In this document: positions 8,920 through 17,998 of the stretch, one piece after another
Numbering within the stretch: position 1 is the stretch's first letter
Layout of the letters: each line of letters opens with the position of its first letter
Source of the DNA: Terriglobia bacterium
GTDB taxonomy: Bacteria > Acidobacteriota > Terriglobia > 2-12-FULL-54-10
Direction: 5' to 3'
NCBI GenBank assembly: GCA_963666975.2
Contig: CAXVYR010000004.1
Location: 256,001 to 320,000, forward strand
DNA: 64,000 bases
Notes under the pieces: model-generated
The model's input: only the letters and a program-made list of their open reading frames with translations
Databases searched by the model: none
Told to the model about the DNA's origin: nothing
Translations under genes and position numbers: made by a program

Positions 8920-10869
8920 TCAGTAGTTCGAGGCTCTGTAGACCGTCTTTCCACCTACCGAGGTCAGCAAAGTCTGGATGGTGCCGATCTGATCCTCCGG
9001 AATCGTGAAATAGTCCTTATCAATCACAATGAAATCGGCGAGCTTTCCCACTTCCAGCGAGCCGATGTTTTTCTCGTTCAGCGCCTGTTCGGCCCCCCAG
9101 ATCGTAGCCGCCTTCATGAGTGTCGCCCGATCCATTGCCTCATTTCGGTTATAGGTGATCCCGTCATGCGGCATCCGGCGGGTCACAAAGAATTCGATAA
9201 ATCCCCAGATGTTGCCATCCCACTGGGGCGGATAGTCCATGTCCTTGGATTCGATCCGAACCTTGTGCAGGTGCGCGTCGGTGTTGAACACCGGACGCCC
9301 GCCGGCCTGCACCAAACTTTTCATCGGCGCCATCCAGCCCATATACTGCTCCCCATAGGCTTTCAGGAAAGCTCCTCCTTTAATGTTTCCCTGAACCTGG
9401 TACCCGTTAAAGCCCGGCATGATGTTGTACCGGGCCATCTTCTGAATCTGATCGGGGCGAACGATCGGGTTGTGCTCGAAGCTGATCCGCGCGTTTCGGA
9501 CCTGCTCCAGGGTCATCTTGCCCTCCGCCAGCGTCTCTTCGATGATTCGGAACAGGGCATCGTAGGTTCCATCGCTGTAGCCGTGCAGAAACGCAATTCG
9601 CAGTCCGGCCTCCAGCGCCGCCCGCACATTCCGGTAGCCGCCTTGATTTTCATAGTCAGGCAAGTCGGCGCAATCGGGCCGGAGACCTCCTAATATATCC
9701 AGGACAGATCCGCCGGCTCCGACTTCAGCGGTGCTGAGCGGCGTGGCGGTGGTGCAGGCAAGACCCGTTTCCCAAGCTTCGTTGGAAACACCTGCATTCC
9801 AGATGTAATCGTTGCCGATTCCCCGAAAGTCTCCCAGGTTCTGGTAAAAGAAATTGAGATCCCCCTCGGGGGCGCCGCCGACTATCAAGTTTGGGCCAGC
9901 ATTATTGCCCCAGAGAGTGCCCAAATACCAAGCCCACCGGACGGGCAACTCATCCCGCTCGTACAACAAACGGTAAATCTTCATAATGGAAGGGGAGCCG
10001 TAGTAATGGTTGCCAAAAGTAGTGATCCCTTGAGCCACCACGCATTCGAGCAGTTCCCGCTTCAAAAAGTCGATCGTTTCTTCGGTCCGCCCACGGAAGA
10101 GAATGTCATACGTTACCCCGGTGCGCGCCTGTAATCCGAATACTTCGCGGCCCAGAATCCTTTCCATTTCCTCTTTGGCTTTCGTGTTGTTCATGCTGGG
10201 CCCGATGGCTTCGCTGGCAAACACCATGAGGGGGTTGTCCGGGGCGAGCGTGTCCAAAAACTCCCGGGTAATCGTCCCCGGTTGACCTCCTGCTTGCATA
10301 AAGAGGGGATAAAGAATTTCTCTTGAATCGGTGAGGCTGTTTTTTCCAAACAACCCAATCCAAATCCACTTGCCGGGGCCTAGCTCTTGCGCTCTTTGCC
10401 GAACCACCCGTTCGAGCGACCGCAACACTTCGCTCCGGTCATTCCCCTTGGCGTAGGTGATCTTCAGTTGCGGGTCGTTGTACTTCTGGGAAATAAAATC
10501 CCCTTCCGCCCCTAACCAGTGCTCCACAGCCCAGAGATGCGGGTGGGTGTGGCCATCAATCAGGCCCGGCAGCACCCGGCGCCCCTTCGCGTCCAGCACC
10601 TCGGTGTTCGTGCCGGCCAGAAACCGGATTTCGTCATTCGTTCCCAGCGCCAGAATCCGGTTGTTCTTCACCGCCATGGCCTCGACCTCGGTCAGCCGTT
10701 CATCGATTGTGGAGATCTTTCCGTTGACGACGATCAGATCCGGATAGGCATTCAACCGCTCCAGTTTCCTCGTCAACTCAGCGGCGCTTTGTCCCTGCGC
10801 AATTCCGGGTACAAGAAAGAAAATCAGGGCAAATAAAATCATGCTGCTAAAAAAGCCGGTTCGTTTCAT
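8920..10869 (-). CDS. Secreted amidohydrolase_3, paralog 2
   Basis: Signal peptide ...VPGIAQG; PGLIDGHTH, HGYSD, FEHN, NTDAH, GSLEVGKLADF; GGAGG RBS. Confidence 0.9.
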   Translation of the reverse strand: MKRTGFFSSMILFALIFFLVPGIAQGQSAAELTRKLERLNAYPDLIVVNGKISTIDERLTEVEAMAVKNNRILALGTNDEIRFLAGTNTEVLDAKGRRVLPGLIDGHTHPHLWAVEHWLGAEGDFISQKYNDPQLKITYAKGNDRSEVLRSLERVVRQRAQELGPGKWIWIGLFGKNSLTDSREILYPLFMQAGGQPGTITREFLDTLAPDNPLMVFASEAIGPSMNNTKAKEEMERILGREVFGLQARTGVTYDILFRGRTEETIDFLKRELLECVVAQGITTFGNHYYGSPSIMKIYRLLYERDELPVRWAWYLGTLWGNNAGPNLIVGGAPEGDLNFFYQNLGDFRGIGNDYIWNAGVSNEAWETGLACTTATPLSTAEVGAGGSVLDILGGLRPDCADLPDYENQGGYRNVRAALEAGLRIAFLHGYSDGTYDALFRIIEETLAEGKMTLEQVRNARISFEHNPIVRPDQIQKMARYNIMPGFNGYQVQGNIKGGAFLKAYGEQYMGWMAPMKSLVQAGGRPVFNTDAHLHKVRIESKDMDYPPQWDGNIWGFIEFFVTRRMPHDGITYNRNEAMDRATLMKAATIWGAEQALNEKNIGSLEVGKLADFIVIDKDYFTIPEDQIGTIQTLLTSVGGKTVYRASNY

Positions 10870-10978
10870 GAGACTTTACCTCCACTGCAAGATTCTCGAT
10901 TCATATTGGGTTGTGCCGCCTCTCTCCCCCATTGTTCGCAAAAACGGTCTCAGACGCCGACGACGTCATCTAATCAAT

Positions 10979-11011
10979 CACTGGCGCTGGTACAAAAAAT
11001 CGGTCCGGTCA
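10979..11011 (-). promoter_or_regulatory. Conserved upstream motif, copy 1 (consensus GACCGGACCGATTTTTTGTGCCAGTGCCAGT)
   Basis: Three copies in the window (10979, 24582, 27378); function inferred from position. Confidence 0.5.
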
Positions 11012-11015
11012 CGGT

Positions 11016-12041
11016 CTATCCGGACCCCGCCTGGGGCAGCTTCAGAAGGCGGCGGGCGTTTTCTTCGTAAATCTTGGCGCGGTCCGAGGGGGCAATCGAC
11101 ACAGCCTCGACAGCGCGGATTGTTTCACGGATAAAACCGGGCCCTTTTTCCGGGTCATAGGGCATATCGGTACCGAACAGCACATGGTCCATCCCAAAGA
11201 ATGCCAGGCCGCATTCGACCGGAGCCACCGGCCCGAACAGGGCCGTGTCGGCGTAAAACATCCGAAAGTAATCGAGCGGACGCCGTTTGAGGTTGCATTT
11301 CACCAACTCGCTGTCCTCCTCCGGGGTACGGGCTCCTAACTGGTCCCAGCCGGGGCCTATCCGGCCCTCGAAGTAGGGCACCATCGCACCCATGTGATGC
11401 GTGATAATTTTCAGGTTCGGAAAGGCGTCAAACAACCCGGAAAATACGATTCGGGCCATGGCGACGCTGGTCTCATAAGGCCATCCGAAGACAAACCACA
11501 CCTCGTAGCGGGATTTTTTCTCCACGGGGTAGTCGGCGAAGGTGGAAGGGCGGGCCGGATGCAGCCAGATGGGGAGGTCGTAGGCGGCCATCCGCTCAAA
11601 CAGGGGCCGAAACTCGGGGTCATCCAATGGCCGCCCGTTGACATTGCTGTAAATCTGCACTCCTCGGGCTCCGAGATCCCGCACGGCCCGGTCCACCTCC
11701 ACGAGGCAGGCGTCCGGGTTGTTCATCGGCAGAGCAGCTGCGAATGTGGCAAACCGGTCGGGGTGCTTTGCCACCAGTTCGGCCAGTTCGTCGTTGGCGA
11801 TGCGCGCCAGCTCGGGGGAAGTCCGGGAATCCCCAACCGATTCCACAGGAGTCGAGGCCATCGTGAGCACCTGCTGGTAGCCAGGAAACCGGTCCATGAT
11901 CCGGAATCGCAAATCCAGATCGAACAAAACGGGTATCTCCCGCGCGCGTTTCTGCATGTAGCCGGCGTGGCCGGATAACTGATGCATCCTCTCGCTAAAG
12001 CGATGTGGGATTATGTGCGCGTATATGTCGATTTTCACCAT
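11016..12041 (-). CDS. Amidohydrolase_2 family protein (ACMSD/aromatic carboxylate decarboxylase-like)
   Basis: IDIYAHI, ARIANDELA, WLHP, FGWPYET, HHMG, FYADT, FGTDMP. Confidence 0.9.
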   Translation of the reverse strand: MVKIDIYAHIIPHRFSERMHQLSGHAGYMQKRAREIPVLFDLDLRFRIMDRFPGYQQVLTMASTPVESVGDSRTSPELARIANDELAELVAKHPDRFATFAAALPMNNPDACLVEVDRAVRDLGARGVQIYSNVNGRPLDDPEFRPLFERMAAYDLPIWLHPARPSTFADYPVEKKSRYEVWFVFGWPYETSVAMARIVFSGLFDAFPNLKIITHHMGAMVPYFEGRIGPGWDQLGARTPEEDSELVKCNLKRRPLDYFRMFYADTALFGPVAPVECGLAFFGMDHVLFGTDMPYDPEKGPGFIRETIRAVEAVSIAPSDRAKIYEENARRLLKLPQAGSG

Positions 12042-12212
12042 GACCTCACAGGAAGAAGGTTTCTCGATTCTCGCCGATTCAATGGAGTCGCGATCCGGTC
12101 GTCGGTTGGGTGGCGGGCTGCCTCACACGGCTGCCTAGCCGGTTGCTGCCCGGCGGTCCACTCACTCCCAGCCCATCGGTCCGTGAGATTCATCCAAAGC
12201 TCGGATTGAGCT

Positions 12213-13247
12213 TTAGGCGAAGTCCTCCAGCCCAGCTATGGCTGTGTCCGAAACGGAGGGAAGGATCCCCTGTTGCGCCGCGACCCTGAGGAATTGGCGC
12301 TGGGTTTCCTTCATGGCCCGGTCCCAACGCGCGGTGAACAGGGGCAATTGGATGCTGCGTTCGATGAGCCGGGTGACAGCTTCCTCTTCCCGAATGCCCG
12401 TCAGGTCCTGAAACCGGTCTTCTCGAAAGAACTCGTACCCGTTCCGGAACGCCCATTCCACTGTGTCGATCCAGGCATCGCGGACCCGCGTGACGAGGTC
12501 AAGGTTCTTCCGAAGGAAGTCGACCCGGACGGCAATTCCAGCCAGGATCTTCGGCGCGCCCCAGATTTTTTCGAACTCATGGGAGTACGGACCGTAGATG
12601 GTCTTCGCATTGGCATCGGACTCGGCCCGCAGCGCCAGGGGGTCATATAACGTCGCGGCGTCGATATCCCCGCGCCTCAGCAGGGGAATCAATCCCGGAG
12701 GAGCGGCTTCGACGAGATCGAAGATCTGTTCGAGTCGGGGACTATTCACCCCGAACTTTACGGCCAGCAGGACCGCGAGCTCGTTGAAGCCGGAAGAGTC
12801 ACGGCCGTAGATGCCGAGCTTCGGTTTGCGCCCCTCCCTTTGCTGGAAGTTCAGCAGGTCCTCCATCGTGTCCACCCCCGAATCGGCCCGGGCCATCACC
12901 ACGTTCTGGGTGTTCTGCACGCTGTGGATGATCGTTGTGGCGAATCTCGAGGAGGCAATGGCTATCTGGCTGGGACCGAAGTCGAAGGAGACGTCCGACA
13001 GTCCTTGCAAGAAGTTTTGGACTCGCACGTCGGCTCCGAAGGACCTCACCTCCACATGCAGTCCCCGCCTTTGCGGCGCTCCGGAGCGGACCAACAGGTT
13101 GGCTGCGACGGCCGTCATTCCGCTCGACAGGCTACTGACCCGCACGGTGGACAGGGCCTGTCCGGGCAATACCGCCGGCCTGGCCCCGCTGAAAAACGCC
13201 GTTCCCAAGCCCAACCCGCTGTATTTGAGAAACTGTCTGCGATGCAT
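12213..13247 (-). CDS. Tat-exported NMT1/SsuA-type substrate-binding protein (paralog 2)
   Basis: MHRRQFL twin-arginine; clear paralog of 5513-6556; directly downstream of the 2Fe-2S subunit. Confidence 0.75.
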   Translation of the reverse strand: MHRRQFLKYSGLGLGTAFFSGARPAVLPGQALSTVRVSSLSSGMTAVAANLLVRSGAPQRRGLHVEVRSFGADVRVQNFLQGLSDVSFDFGPSQIAIASSRFATTIIHSVQNTQNVVMARADSGVDTMEDLLNFQQREGRKPKLGIYGRDSSGFNELAVLLAVKFGVNSPRLEQIFDLVEAAPPGLIPLLRRGDIDAATLYDPLALRAESDANAKTIYGPYSHEFEKIWGAPKILAGIAVRVDFLRKNLDLVTRVRDAWIDTVEWAFRNGYEFFREDRFQDLTGIREEEAVTRLIERSIQLPLFTARWDRAMKETQRQFLRVAAQQGILPSVSDTAIAGLEDFA

Positions 13248-13327
13248 ACCTTTCAAAAAGGCCTCCCGGCTTGTTTCACAGGGGATGGGGTTTCCTTTCC
13301 TCCATCGATGGCTATATCGCGCGGCGA

Positions 13328-13831
13328 TCAACCGTCCGCCCCATTTCCACCTTGCATCTGGGCCGAAGCAGCGGCGATGGCTTGCACGATGTTCTCATAG
13401 CCCGTGCACCGACAAAGATTCCCGGAAATCGCTATTCGGATCTCCTCCGGAGACGGCCTGGGATTCTCTTTCAGCAGGGCCAAGGCAGTCATCAGAAAAC
13501 CAGGGGTGCAAAACCCGCATTGCAGCGCGTGGTGCTCCCAAAACGCCTGCTGAATCGGATGGAGTTCGTCGCCCCTCGCCAGGGATTCGACCGTGTTCAA
13601 TTCGGCTCGATCGGCTTGAACCGCGAAAAGGAGGCAGGAACGAACGGTCTGGCCATTCATCAAAACAGTGCAGGCTCCGCAAACACCGTGCTCGCAGCCG
13701 ACGTGGGTCCCCGTCAGACCCAACCTTTCTCTCAGAAAGTCCACGAGAGTCATCCGGGTCTCGACAACCTCTTCGTAGAGATTGCCGTTGACTTTCAGGG
13801 AAATCTTCCGTTCTTCCTTCGCTGGGTCCAT
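13328..13831 (-). CDS. Molybdenum hydroxylase 2Fe-2S subunit (CoxS/CutS family)
   Basis: GCEHGVCGACT, QCGFCTPG, GNLCRCTGY. Confidence 0.95.
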   Translation of the reverse strand: MDPAKEERKISLKVNGNLYEEVVETRMTLVDFLRERLGLTGTHVGCEHGVCGACTVLMNGQTVRSCLLFAVQADRAELNTVESLARGDELHPIQQAFWEHHALQCGFCTPGFLMTALALLKENPRPSPEEIRIAISGNLCRCTGYENIVQAIAAASAQMQGGNGADG

Positions 13832-13840
13832 GGATTCCTT

Positions 13841-14713
13841 TTAGCCTTTCCCCAGGCGTTGCTGGGCCGCAACTAACCCCCTCCGCGTGAGCACGCCTGC
13901 TACGGTACGCCGATACTCGGCCGAAGCGTGCAGGTCCGAATCAGGCTCTAGTTCCTCCGTGACGGCGCTGGCGACGTGCTCAAACAAACCCTCACCCAGC
14001 CGCTCCCCTCGCAAACGCTGTTCTGCCGTCCGGGCCCTCACCGGGCACGGCCCCACGCCCGTGAGCGCGATGGCGACGTCGGTGCAGATCCCGTTTCCGT
14101 CTGCCGTCAGCCAGATCGCCACCCCCACTATCGCGAAATCCCCGTAGCGCCGGCTCACTTCCAGAAAAGCCCAGCCCGCCCCCCGGGGCAATACCGGGAC
14201 CCGGACCTCGACGAGAATTTCCGAGGGGTCCAGGCAGGTTGTAAAGTAGGTAACAAAGAAATCGCTGGCGGAAACGCGCCTCTCTCCCTGGGGTCCTTGG
14301 AGGACCAGGGTTGCGTCCATCAGCATGGCCAAAACGGGCCACTCGGCCGCGGGGTCCGCGTGGGCCAAGCTCCCGCCCACGGTTCCCCGGTTGCGAATGG
14401 CGGGATGGCCGATATAGCAGGTCGCCTCCACCACGAGCGGGTGCTGCTCCCGCACCAGATCGGACTTCTCCACCGTTCGCTGCCGGGTCAACGTTCCAAT
14501 GGCGAGCGTCTGATCCTCCAAGCGGACGTAATCCAGGGACGAAACCTTATTAATGTCGATCAGGTGCTGGGGCCGGGCCAGGCGAAAGTTCATCATCGGG
14601 ACCAGGCTCTGCCCGCCCGCGAGAATTTTCGAATCCTCGCCGAACTGTCCCAGCAAGGGGATTAGCTCTTGCACCGTCTCCGGGTCATAGTAATGGAATT
14701 TCGCAGGCTTCAC
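13841..14713 (-). CDS. Molybdenum hydroxylase FAD subunit (CoxM/CutM family)
   Basis: AGGQSL, IRNRGTVGGSLAHADPAAE, GDFA, SAEYR; GTG start. Confidence 0.95.
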   Translation of the reverse strand: MKPAKFHYYDPETVQELIPLLGQFGEDSKILAGGQSLVPMMNFRLARPQHLIDINKVSSLDYVRLEDQTLAIGTLTRQRTVEKSDLVREQHPLVVEATCYIGHPAIRNRGTVGGSLAHADPAAEWPVLAMLMDATLVLQGPQGERRVSASDFFVTYFTTCLDPSEILVEVRVPVLPRGAGWAFLEVSRRYGDFAIVGVAIWLTADGNGICTDVAIALTGVGPCPVRARTAEQRLRGERLGEGLFEHVASAVTEELEPDSDLHASAEYRRTVAGVLTRRGLVAAQQRLGKG

Positions 14714-14904
14714 GATATGTTCCTTCCCCCGCCAGGGCCCCCGCCGCTCTCTCCCGCAGACGGGAGCGCGACCCTCGCAAAACGCGCAACGCCCTGCTTC
14801 ACAAACTCCTGAGCCATGCCGTCGTTCATGGCCCGGCCCAAGCCCTCCATCAGCCTCTCCGCAAGAGCACGGCCTTCAGCCCATGGGTTCTCCTGCGGAC
14901 TCAT
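14710..14904 (-). pseudogene. 64-aa ORF, probably a truncated CoxG (SRPBCC) C-terminal remnant
   Basis: Sits between the L and M subunits with a GTGA overlap to the M subunit; LGRAMNDGMAQEFVKQ resembles the CoxG terminal helix. Confidence 0.45.
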
Positions 14905-17227
14905 GATTCCGTCGCGATTTCGAAATCAGCTCCCGGAGCTTGTTCGGACTCAGCGGCAAATCGGTGATCTGAATACCGAGGGGTTTTAAGGCATCCGAAA
15001 CCGCGTTGGCCATGGCGCCACCCACCCCCGCCGTGCCACCCTCTCCTCCACCTTTCACCCCCAGAGGGTTGAGGGGAGATGGGTCGTTTTCAAACAGGTG
15101 AACCTCCACGGGAGGCATCTCCATGCTCGACGGCAGAAGGTAATCCATGAAGGAGGTGCAAAGCAACTGTCCCGCCTCATCATACACAAGTTCTTCCAGA
15201 AAAGCGCCACCCAAACCTTGCGCCACGCCTCCCAAGATTTGACCTTCCAGGAGCATCGGGTTGATGGCCCTTCCCACATCATAAAGCGACCAGAACTTTT
15301 TCACCGTCACCACGCCGGTGCCTGCATCCACCTCGGCCAAAGCTACCTGAACGCCGTGGGGAAAAACCATTTTTTTCGCCTCAAAATAGTGTGTGGCTTC
15401 GAGGTCGAGCCCGCTCACGCCCCAGTTCCAAGAGTCGGAAGCGTGCCGCATCAGTTCGCCCAAGGAGAGGGCTTCCCGCCTCCCGCTTTTGGCAGAAAGG
15501 GTGGATCCCTCGAACTGGATCTCCTCTTCCGAACAGCCGAAATACTCCGCCGCCAACCGGACCACTTTCTCCCGGAGCTTCCTGGCGGCCAGCAGCACTG
15601 CGTTTCCTCCCATCACTGTCACACGGCTCGCAAAAGTCCCGGTGCTGTGTGGCGCCAGGGAGGTGTCGCCGTGAACCACGGTGACGTCGTCCATATCCAG
15701 GCCCAGCTCGTCGGCGCAGATTTGCGCCAGCGTGGTCTCCAGCCCCTGTCCAACCGAGGTCGCGCCCGTGTACACCACCGCCTTGCCGGAAGGGTCCATC
15801 CGAACTCTGGCCGCTTCGAAGGGACCCAGGCCGGTTTTTTCCACAAAACAGGCGAAACCGATTCCTATATATTTCCCATCCGCGCGCTGGCTTGCCTGTT
15901 CCTTCCGGAGGCGGCCATAGCCGCTGAGGTCAATGGCCTTCTGCATCAGCCTGGGATAGTCGCCGCTGTCATAGATGATCGGAGTTTCCAGCACGCTCGT
16001 GCCCACGCTGTAAGGCATCTCCTGCGGCTGGATAAAATTACGAAACCGTACGGCAGTGGGATCCATACCCAGACGAAGGCCGATCAAGTCCATCAGTCTT
16101 TCTCTTACAAAATTACATTCGTACCGGCCCGGGGCCCGGTAGGTGCCAATAGGTGTCTTGTTGGTGACGACTGCATTCCATTCGCACCAATAGTTGGGAA
16201 GCCGGTAGGGGCCGGGGAAAATGGTGGCGCTCAGAGCGGGAACCGTCGCGCTATGGGTTCGGATGTAGGCGCCCATGTCGTTCCAGATTCTTGCTTTTAC
16301 CGCCTGAAGATCGCCCTCTTTCCCCGCTGCCACTTCCACTTCCCACTGCTGTTCGCGGGAGTGATTGGTGGCCAGAAAATGTTCTCTCCGGTCTTCAATC
16401 CACTTCACAGGACGGCCCAAAGAGAGGGCGAGAAACGGGACCAGAAAATCCTCGGGATAAAATTCTCCCCTCACCCCGAAGCCGCCTCCCACATCCGGTT
16501 CGATGAAGTGGACGCTGTGCTCCGGCAGCCCCAACAAGGAGGCCAGCACCGAGCGATTGAAGTAAGGAACCTTGGTGGGTCCCCAAACCGTCAAGACCTT
16601 TGTGCCTCGATTGTACTCCGCAACCAACCCCCGGGTCTCCATCGGCATGCCGGTATGCCTCTGGATCGTGAATTGCTCCGAGAAGGTCAACCCGGCCTTC
16701 CGGAAGGCCCCCTCCACATCGCCCAGATCGACCACGCCGCTGCCGGCCAGATTGCCTTGGGTCTGCTCGTGAATCCGCACGGCATCTGTCTTCATCGCGC
16801 TCCGCGCATCCACGACCGCCGGAAGAGGCTCATAGTCCGTTTGGATGGACTCCAACGCGTCCTCCGCAATATACCGGCTGCCAGCAACCACAACGGCCAC
16901 CGGCTCCCCCACGTATCGAACCTTCTCTTTGGCCAGCGGATATTGAAGATATGGAACGAAGGAAGGATGGACCTCCAGGCGCATGGGGATGGGCTTTGCC
17001 AAATGAGAAATGTCGTGGAACGTGATGACGCTCAGCACCCCGGGAATCCGGCGTGCTTCCCGGGTGTTCACCGCTCGAATCCGGGCGTGCGCGTGGGGAC
17101 TTCGCAACAGGGCCGCATGTGCCATCCCGTGGAGATGGATGTCATCCACGTAGTTGCCTTCCCCGCGCAGGAAGCGGGGATCTTCCTTCCGCTTGACCCG
17201 CTGGCCGATGAATCTCCCTCGGTGCAT
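14876..17227 (-). CDS. Molybdenum hydroxylase large (Moco) subunit, copy 1
   Basis: Start MHRGRFIGQ (GGAGAGG RBS); GGGFGVRG, TNKTPIGTYRAPG, GQGLET, FASR, GQILGG, KGGGEGG. Confidence 0.95.
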   Translation of the reverse strand: MHRGRFIGQRVKRKEDPRFLRGEGNYVDDIHLHGMAHAALLRSPHAHARIRAVNTREARRIPGVLSVITFHDISHLAKPIPMRLEVHPSFVPYLQYPLAKEKVRYVGEPVAVVVAGSRYIAEDALESIQTDYEPLPAVVDARSAMKTDAVRIHEQTQGNLAGSGVVDLGDVEGAFRKAGLTFSEQFTIQRHTGMPMETRGLVAEYNRGTKVLTVWGPTKVPYFNRSVLASLLGLPEHSVHFIEPDVGGGFGVRGEFYPEDFLVPFLALSLGRPVKWIEDRREHFLATNHSREQQWEVEVAAGKEGDLQAVKARIWNDMGAYIRTHSATVPALSATIFPGPYRLPNYWCEWNAVVTNKTPIGTYRAPGRYECNFVRERLMDLIGLRLGMDPTAVRFRNFIQPQEMPYSVGTSVLETPIIYDSGDYPRLMQKAIDLSGYGRLRKEQASQRADGKYIGIGFACFVEKTGLGPFEAARVRMDPSGKAVVYTGATSVGQGLETTLAQICADELGLDMDDVTVVHGDTSLAPHSTGTFASRVTVMGGNAVLLAARKLREKVVRLAAEYFGCSEEEIQFEGSTLSAKSGRREALSLGELMRHASDSWNWGVSGLDLEATHYFEAKKMVFPHGVQVALAEVDAGTGVVTVKKFWSLYDVGRAINPMLLEGQILGGVAQGLGGAFLEELVYDEAGQLLCTSFMDYLLPSSMEMPPVEVHLFENDPSPLNPLGVKGGGEGGTAGVGGAMANAVSDALKPLGIQITDLPLSPNKLRELISKSRRNHESAGEPMG

Positions 17228-17463
17228 TATGACGCCTCTCCATCTGCTCTCTTTCCAGCACTGGGGTTTTCTCGGAGAACGTCCAGGATGTTGGGGGACG
17301 GAATGGGCAACTTCGTGAAGGTTCCTCCCAAAGGAATCAACGCATGATAGCGCCAGGGTCAGCGAAAGTAAAGTTTGGTTTGTTGCGGGTTCTTCCTCCT
17401 GTTGTTTGAAACGATCCGTATGGAGCGATCCGGAGGGGGTGGGACCTGGCCGCGACTTCGGCG

Positions 17464-17492
17464 TTGACAACCCAGTTGGGCAAGGTCATAAT
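17464..17492 (+). promoter_or_regulatory. Sigma70-type promoter for the symporter operon
   Basis: TTGACA-17bp-CATAAT; spacer contains the palindrome CCCAgtTGGG. Confidence 0.7.
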
Positions 17493-17731
17493 CTGCCGCG
17501 CGGCGAATCCATACGCTACAAGAATCAGCCCGGCATAGAAACTTGAAAAACTCCGTAGGATTTGTCGTCGTGCCATCCGGATGACACGATCAGCGACGCG
17601 GCCATGCAGATGGGAAATCCAGGCTGCCCCCTCGAGGAACACCACACGATGGCGGGCCGCCACCCGCCAAGCCCCCGGGACAAGGTCGCGTCTCCGGCAG
17701 TGAAAAAGGACGAGGCGGAAAAGGAAGACGA

Positions 17732-17998
17732 ATGGAAATGAAGGTCCGCAAGGAGACAGAGTCCCCCCGCAAGAGGCCCTCCTGGGCCCTCAAGCTTTGG
17801 ATGGCCTTTTTTGTCCTCCTGGCCGGATTGGTCTATTCACCCTGGGTGGCGCCATACGGCAAGCATGAACCATTCATCCTGGGGCTGCCTTACACGCTGT
17901 TCTGGTGGATGCTGCTTTCCTTCTTGTTGCTTGTCAGTATCTTGCTCTTTGTCGTTTTCGGGTGGCGCGAAGAGGACAAGGGGGGAGACGGAGATTGA
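17732..17998 (+). CDS. Small two-TM accessory protein of SSS symporter (DUF3311/DUF997-like)
   Basis: EPFILGLPYTLFWW motif; stop overlaps the symporter TTG start. Confidence 0.75.
   Translation: MEMKVRKETESPRKRPSWALKLWMAFFVLLAGLVYSPWVAPYGKHEPFILGLPYTLFWWMLLSFLLLVSILLFVVFGWREEDKGGDGD

Noticed and set aside
13328-17227. Aerobic CO dehydrogenase (coxLMS)
   Set aside because: The active-site loop is TYRAPG, lacking the Cu-binding AYxCSFR of form I and differing from the form II AYRGAGR; no coxDEF genes.
15098-17347. Long antisense ORFs (749 aa here; also 28837-30687, 40668-42770, 35297-36823, 55738-57324)
   Set aside because: These are shadow frames of GC-rich genes with no recognisable motifs; the opposite strand carries clear conserved proteins.
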